Shown here piece after piece: positions 60,549 to 64,000 of a stretch of DNA of 64,000 nucleotides. This stretch comes from Botryllus schlosseri (Eukaryota). Location of the stretch: NCBI GenBank assembly GCA_051294905.1, contig CM119372.1:25918001-25982000 (forward strand), written 5' to 3'. The position numbers were made by a program, and so were the translations under genes. The notes beneath the pieces were generated by a model. The model was given only the letters and a program-made list of their open reading frames with translations, was not told the origin of the DNA and made no database searches. Each line of letters starts with the position of its first letter. Within the stretch, counting starts at the first letter, position 1.

Positions 60549-62568
60549 CAGTGATTCCCAAGTGCGGCCCCCAAAATATATTAAGAAATCGATTTATGAC
60601 AAAAATTTAAATTTATAAAATTCTTTTGCTTGGCTTGGCCTCTGTAGTTTTTAATTATAGAATTACAGGATAGTTGTGAGTATAGATTGCTAACGTTATG
60701 TCATTGCTCTTTCAATGCAATGTGCCCTAACTTTCCAGTTGAACGGGCAGTAGCTCTAGATATAAATAGGTATTGATAACTTTCAAAACCGGAGAAAAAT
60801 CCTGGAAAATGGTAAATTTTTCCCACTTCGTGGTCGCTTGACTATAAGAGAAAAAGAAGCTCAACTGCCGGAAAATACAGTTTTTCTTTCACATTAACAG
60901 GTGGTTGACTGAAAAAAAGGTCAACTTTCCGGTCCAGCTCCCGAAATAGTCGCCGTAGCGTTCCCACAGTGCTGATTTAATGTATATCAGTCGAATTTGC
61001 CCCTATTTGTGACCAAAATCCTCAAAAAAGAGACAAAATCTCAAAAAGAAGACATTTGGGCGTCCTACGAGGACACTTTTAAAAAAATCGAAAAATAGGA
61101 CAAATCATCTTAAAAGAGGACGTATGGTAACCCGAAGATAACTAGATGTGCAACACGTGATTCGCGGTTGAATACGCCGAAATGCATACTGCTTAGCCAG
61201 CTAAAAGCAGCATAATTAGTAGTCCTATAGTCAGGGCCGTAGCTGTCGCACCCCAAACCCCCCAATTGAGGGGGGGAGCTCGAAGGGGGCACACAATTAT
61301 TTCGTGAGTTAGCATAAATTCTAGAGTATCTATTCAACTTTTTCAAAAATTTTTCGCGCGGTGCGCGATTTCAATTCGCCACATATCTTGATTATTGGGT
61401 ACTCTTCCCCCAGAAAAAATACGCAAGGATTATAGAAATGGGCATATCAGCGTTTGCCATGACCGCACCAAGACATATAAAGTTTTAGGCCATGTAACAT
61501 GTGACTCCAAGAAGTGTGTCAGAACGATCGGCAGCGAGAAAGCCTTGGCCGTAAAGGACTGCTTTTATGCTGACCAAAAACTTCGAAATACCAAAAAATT
61601 CGCTATATATACAAAATATATATAGGTTTAATTGTCCATATAGGCGCCTAAATGACAGGCGCCGAATGTTCTTGTCTTGGCAATCTGAACCTCACAAGAC
61701 AAATACCATCCCGCAGGAAAGAAAATTATATGCCATTGAAGAAATACCAATCTGAAATCGTTTGATCTTTCAGTTTAGTAGGTTTGGGCAATTCTACATC
61801 TTTTGATATAGCAGACAGGAGGTCACGAAATAACATCATGTAAAGAAGTCATATCTAGGGGTCCGCCCGCCCGAAGATGTTTAATTTTACGGAGTCTGCA
61901 GTTTCAAAGACACTTCTCACTCAGCTCTACCGGTAAATCTGATTACGTGGGCAAAGAGGACAACCATGCAATTCCCGATCTTATTCACTGATTTTATCAT
62001 GAATTATCGAAATATTCGCGCTTCGCGCTGTCTCACTAAACAGTACAACTTTAATTTCGTGGCAAAAGCGAACAACGTGATGCGGGGTCAGTTTATCACC
62101 CTATGGGAGCCTGGGGTCCTGACGAAGTGCTGTTACATTCCTGCCAACGGGTATACCCCGGAGATGTTTAATTACTATTGAGGGGGCCTATACCTTTTCA
62201 AACACACCTCACTCAGCTCTACCGGTAAATCAGTTTACGTGAACAGAGACAGGATGAAAATTAATAGCAATACATGCAATTCCCGATCATATTGACCGAT
62301 TCAGTGATGAAACTAAAGAAATTTCTCGCGCTTCGCGCGTTTAGGTCATGAAAGCTAATTCACTCAACGGACACCCAATGCAGCAGATAAGTAGCGGTAA
62401 ACAGTGTACACTGTACAGTTTTGAAATCTCGTCAGGGCAATAAAACTACTCCAAAATAGCCACGACGGCTGTTTGGGTCCGTTTCGTAACCGTAGTATTC
62501 GTGCGGCCCCGACCGCACTCTGAAATTCTAAATTTGGCCCTCACACCGAAAAAGTTTGGGAACCACTG
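60549..62568. mobile_element. Composite hAT (Buster-type) element carrying a family-D fragment and the shared internal module
   Basis: CAGTGATTCCCAA...TTGGGAACCACTG; TSD CTCTAGTT (60541-60548 / 62569-62576); D-like segment at about 60780-61135. Confidence 0.85.
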
Positions 62569-62587
62569 CTCTAGTTAGTCGGCTTAA

Positions 62588-63540
62588 TTCGCGCGAAGCG
62601 CGAAAAATTTCTATCATTCATGATTGAATCGGTCAATATGATCAGGAATTGCATACATATTGCTGTCAATTTTTTATCCTCTCTCTGCTCATGTATTCAG
62701 ATTTACCGGTAAAGCTGAGTGAGGTGTCTTGGAAAATGTAGGGCCCGTAAATAATAATTGAACATATTCGGCCGGACCCGTGGGTATAACGACTTCGTTA
62801 CGTAATGTCATTTCGTGGCCTGTCTGCTATGTCAAAAGATATTCAAATCGCCCATACGTACTAAACTAAAAGACGCACACGATTTCAAATTGGTATTTCT
62901 GCACTGACAATTAATTTTTCTCTGCGAGATGGCATTTTTTGTGGGGTTCCGATTGTCAGGACAGGAACATTTGGCGCCAGCCATTTAGGCGCCGATGGAC
63001 AAATAAATATATATGTATATCGTATATATATCGAAGTCGGTCAGCATAAAGGCAGTCCTTTTCCGCCAAGGTTTTCTCGTTCTGGCACACTTCTCGGAGT
63101 CGCATGTTACGTGGCCTAAAATTTCATATGTCTTGGTGTGATAATGGCTGACGCCGAGATGCCCATTTCTATAACTCATGCGTATTATTTCTTCGAGGAA
63201 GGGCATCCAATAAGCAAGAGGTAAGCGATCACGAAATGGCGCGCAGCGCTAATTTTTTCTTGAAAAAGTTGCCTAAATTTCCAAAATAATACTCTATAAT
63301 TAATGTTTATTCACGAAAACATTGTGAGCCCCCTTCGAGCTCGGGCCCGCCATCCCAATTGGAGGTTTGGGTGTGGCATTTGCGGTCATGGACGCCAATA
63401 TAGCCATTTCAACGCGCCATCGCCCCCACATCGCCCCCTTCGTCCGTTTTCACCCCCATATCGCCCCTTGGCTATTTTAACCCCCCTGGACCGACAAATC
63501 GCCCCCTGGGGGGCGATATCACCCACGTTGGGAACCACTG
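62588..63540 (-). repeat. Inverted copy of the shared internal module followed by an unpaired hAT right end
   Basis: 62588-63365 is a diverged reverse complement of about 61250-62340. It ends GTTGGGAACCACTG at 63540; no partner TIR or TSD was found. Confidence 0.7.
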
Positions 63541-64000
63541 GTCTAGTGAAAATTATAACTGTAGGCTTGGTGATAAACAGCAACAAATTGACTTTTCTTG
63601 AAAATAAGATCATATACTATACATGTAGGAATTGAGTTGACTTCTATTACTTCAAAGCGAATTCTGCAATTGCATTTCTTGAAATACGTGGTCGTGTCTT
63701 GAAAATCCGCGCCTTCGAGAGGATATTAACGAGTGGCGAAATCCATTTTCACAAAAATAGGTGGTGGTGAATGTAATAATAACGCGTAACGCTTCCGACG
63801 ACACGTTTGGGAATGACGGGAATTTGCCCGCGTTTCATATGTTTCTTACCCTGGATCGAGAATCCTAGTTTCACAGGAACTTAAATGGTAGGAGGAAACA
63901 ATTTTGTGTGGGCATAACCTCTATGACGATGTCGAAGTAGAGCGTGGTATTCAAGCTATATATGGTAAAGTTGGAACAGCCTATGGGCGGAGAATCGGTC

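Overview
This is eukaryotic (animal, probably marine invertebrate; the taxon is inferred only) genomic DNA dominated by transposable elements. It holds one well-supported host gene: a tetraspanin on the minus strand with 5 coding exons (38547->25106, 213 aa, four phase-0 GT-AG introns). A possible small two-exon orphan gene lies at 60106->59620 (-). The main structure is a LINE inside a LINE. An apparently intact, full-length RNase H-bearing I-group non-LTR retrotransposon (10670-16099; ORF1, ORF2, (AAC)n tail, 13-bp TSD) sits in the same orientation inside a decayed sister family (9658-18953; ORF2 only, (TAA)n tail, 9-bp TSD). The rest includes about 20 non-autonomous hAT-type elements with readable 8-bp TSDs, often nested up to three deep. 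There is also a CACTA/CMC-like element, a 1.47-kb foldback element in a tetraspanin intron, two copies of a tRNA-derived SINE, a CR1-group LINE 3' end, and decayed Chapaev3 and hAT transposase remnants. I found no CRISPR, rRNA, intact tRNA or prokaryotic system. I cannot support a claim of a wholly new biological system; the best leads are listed as findings. Family names are recalled from motif knowledge, not from database searches.
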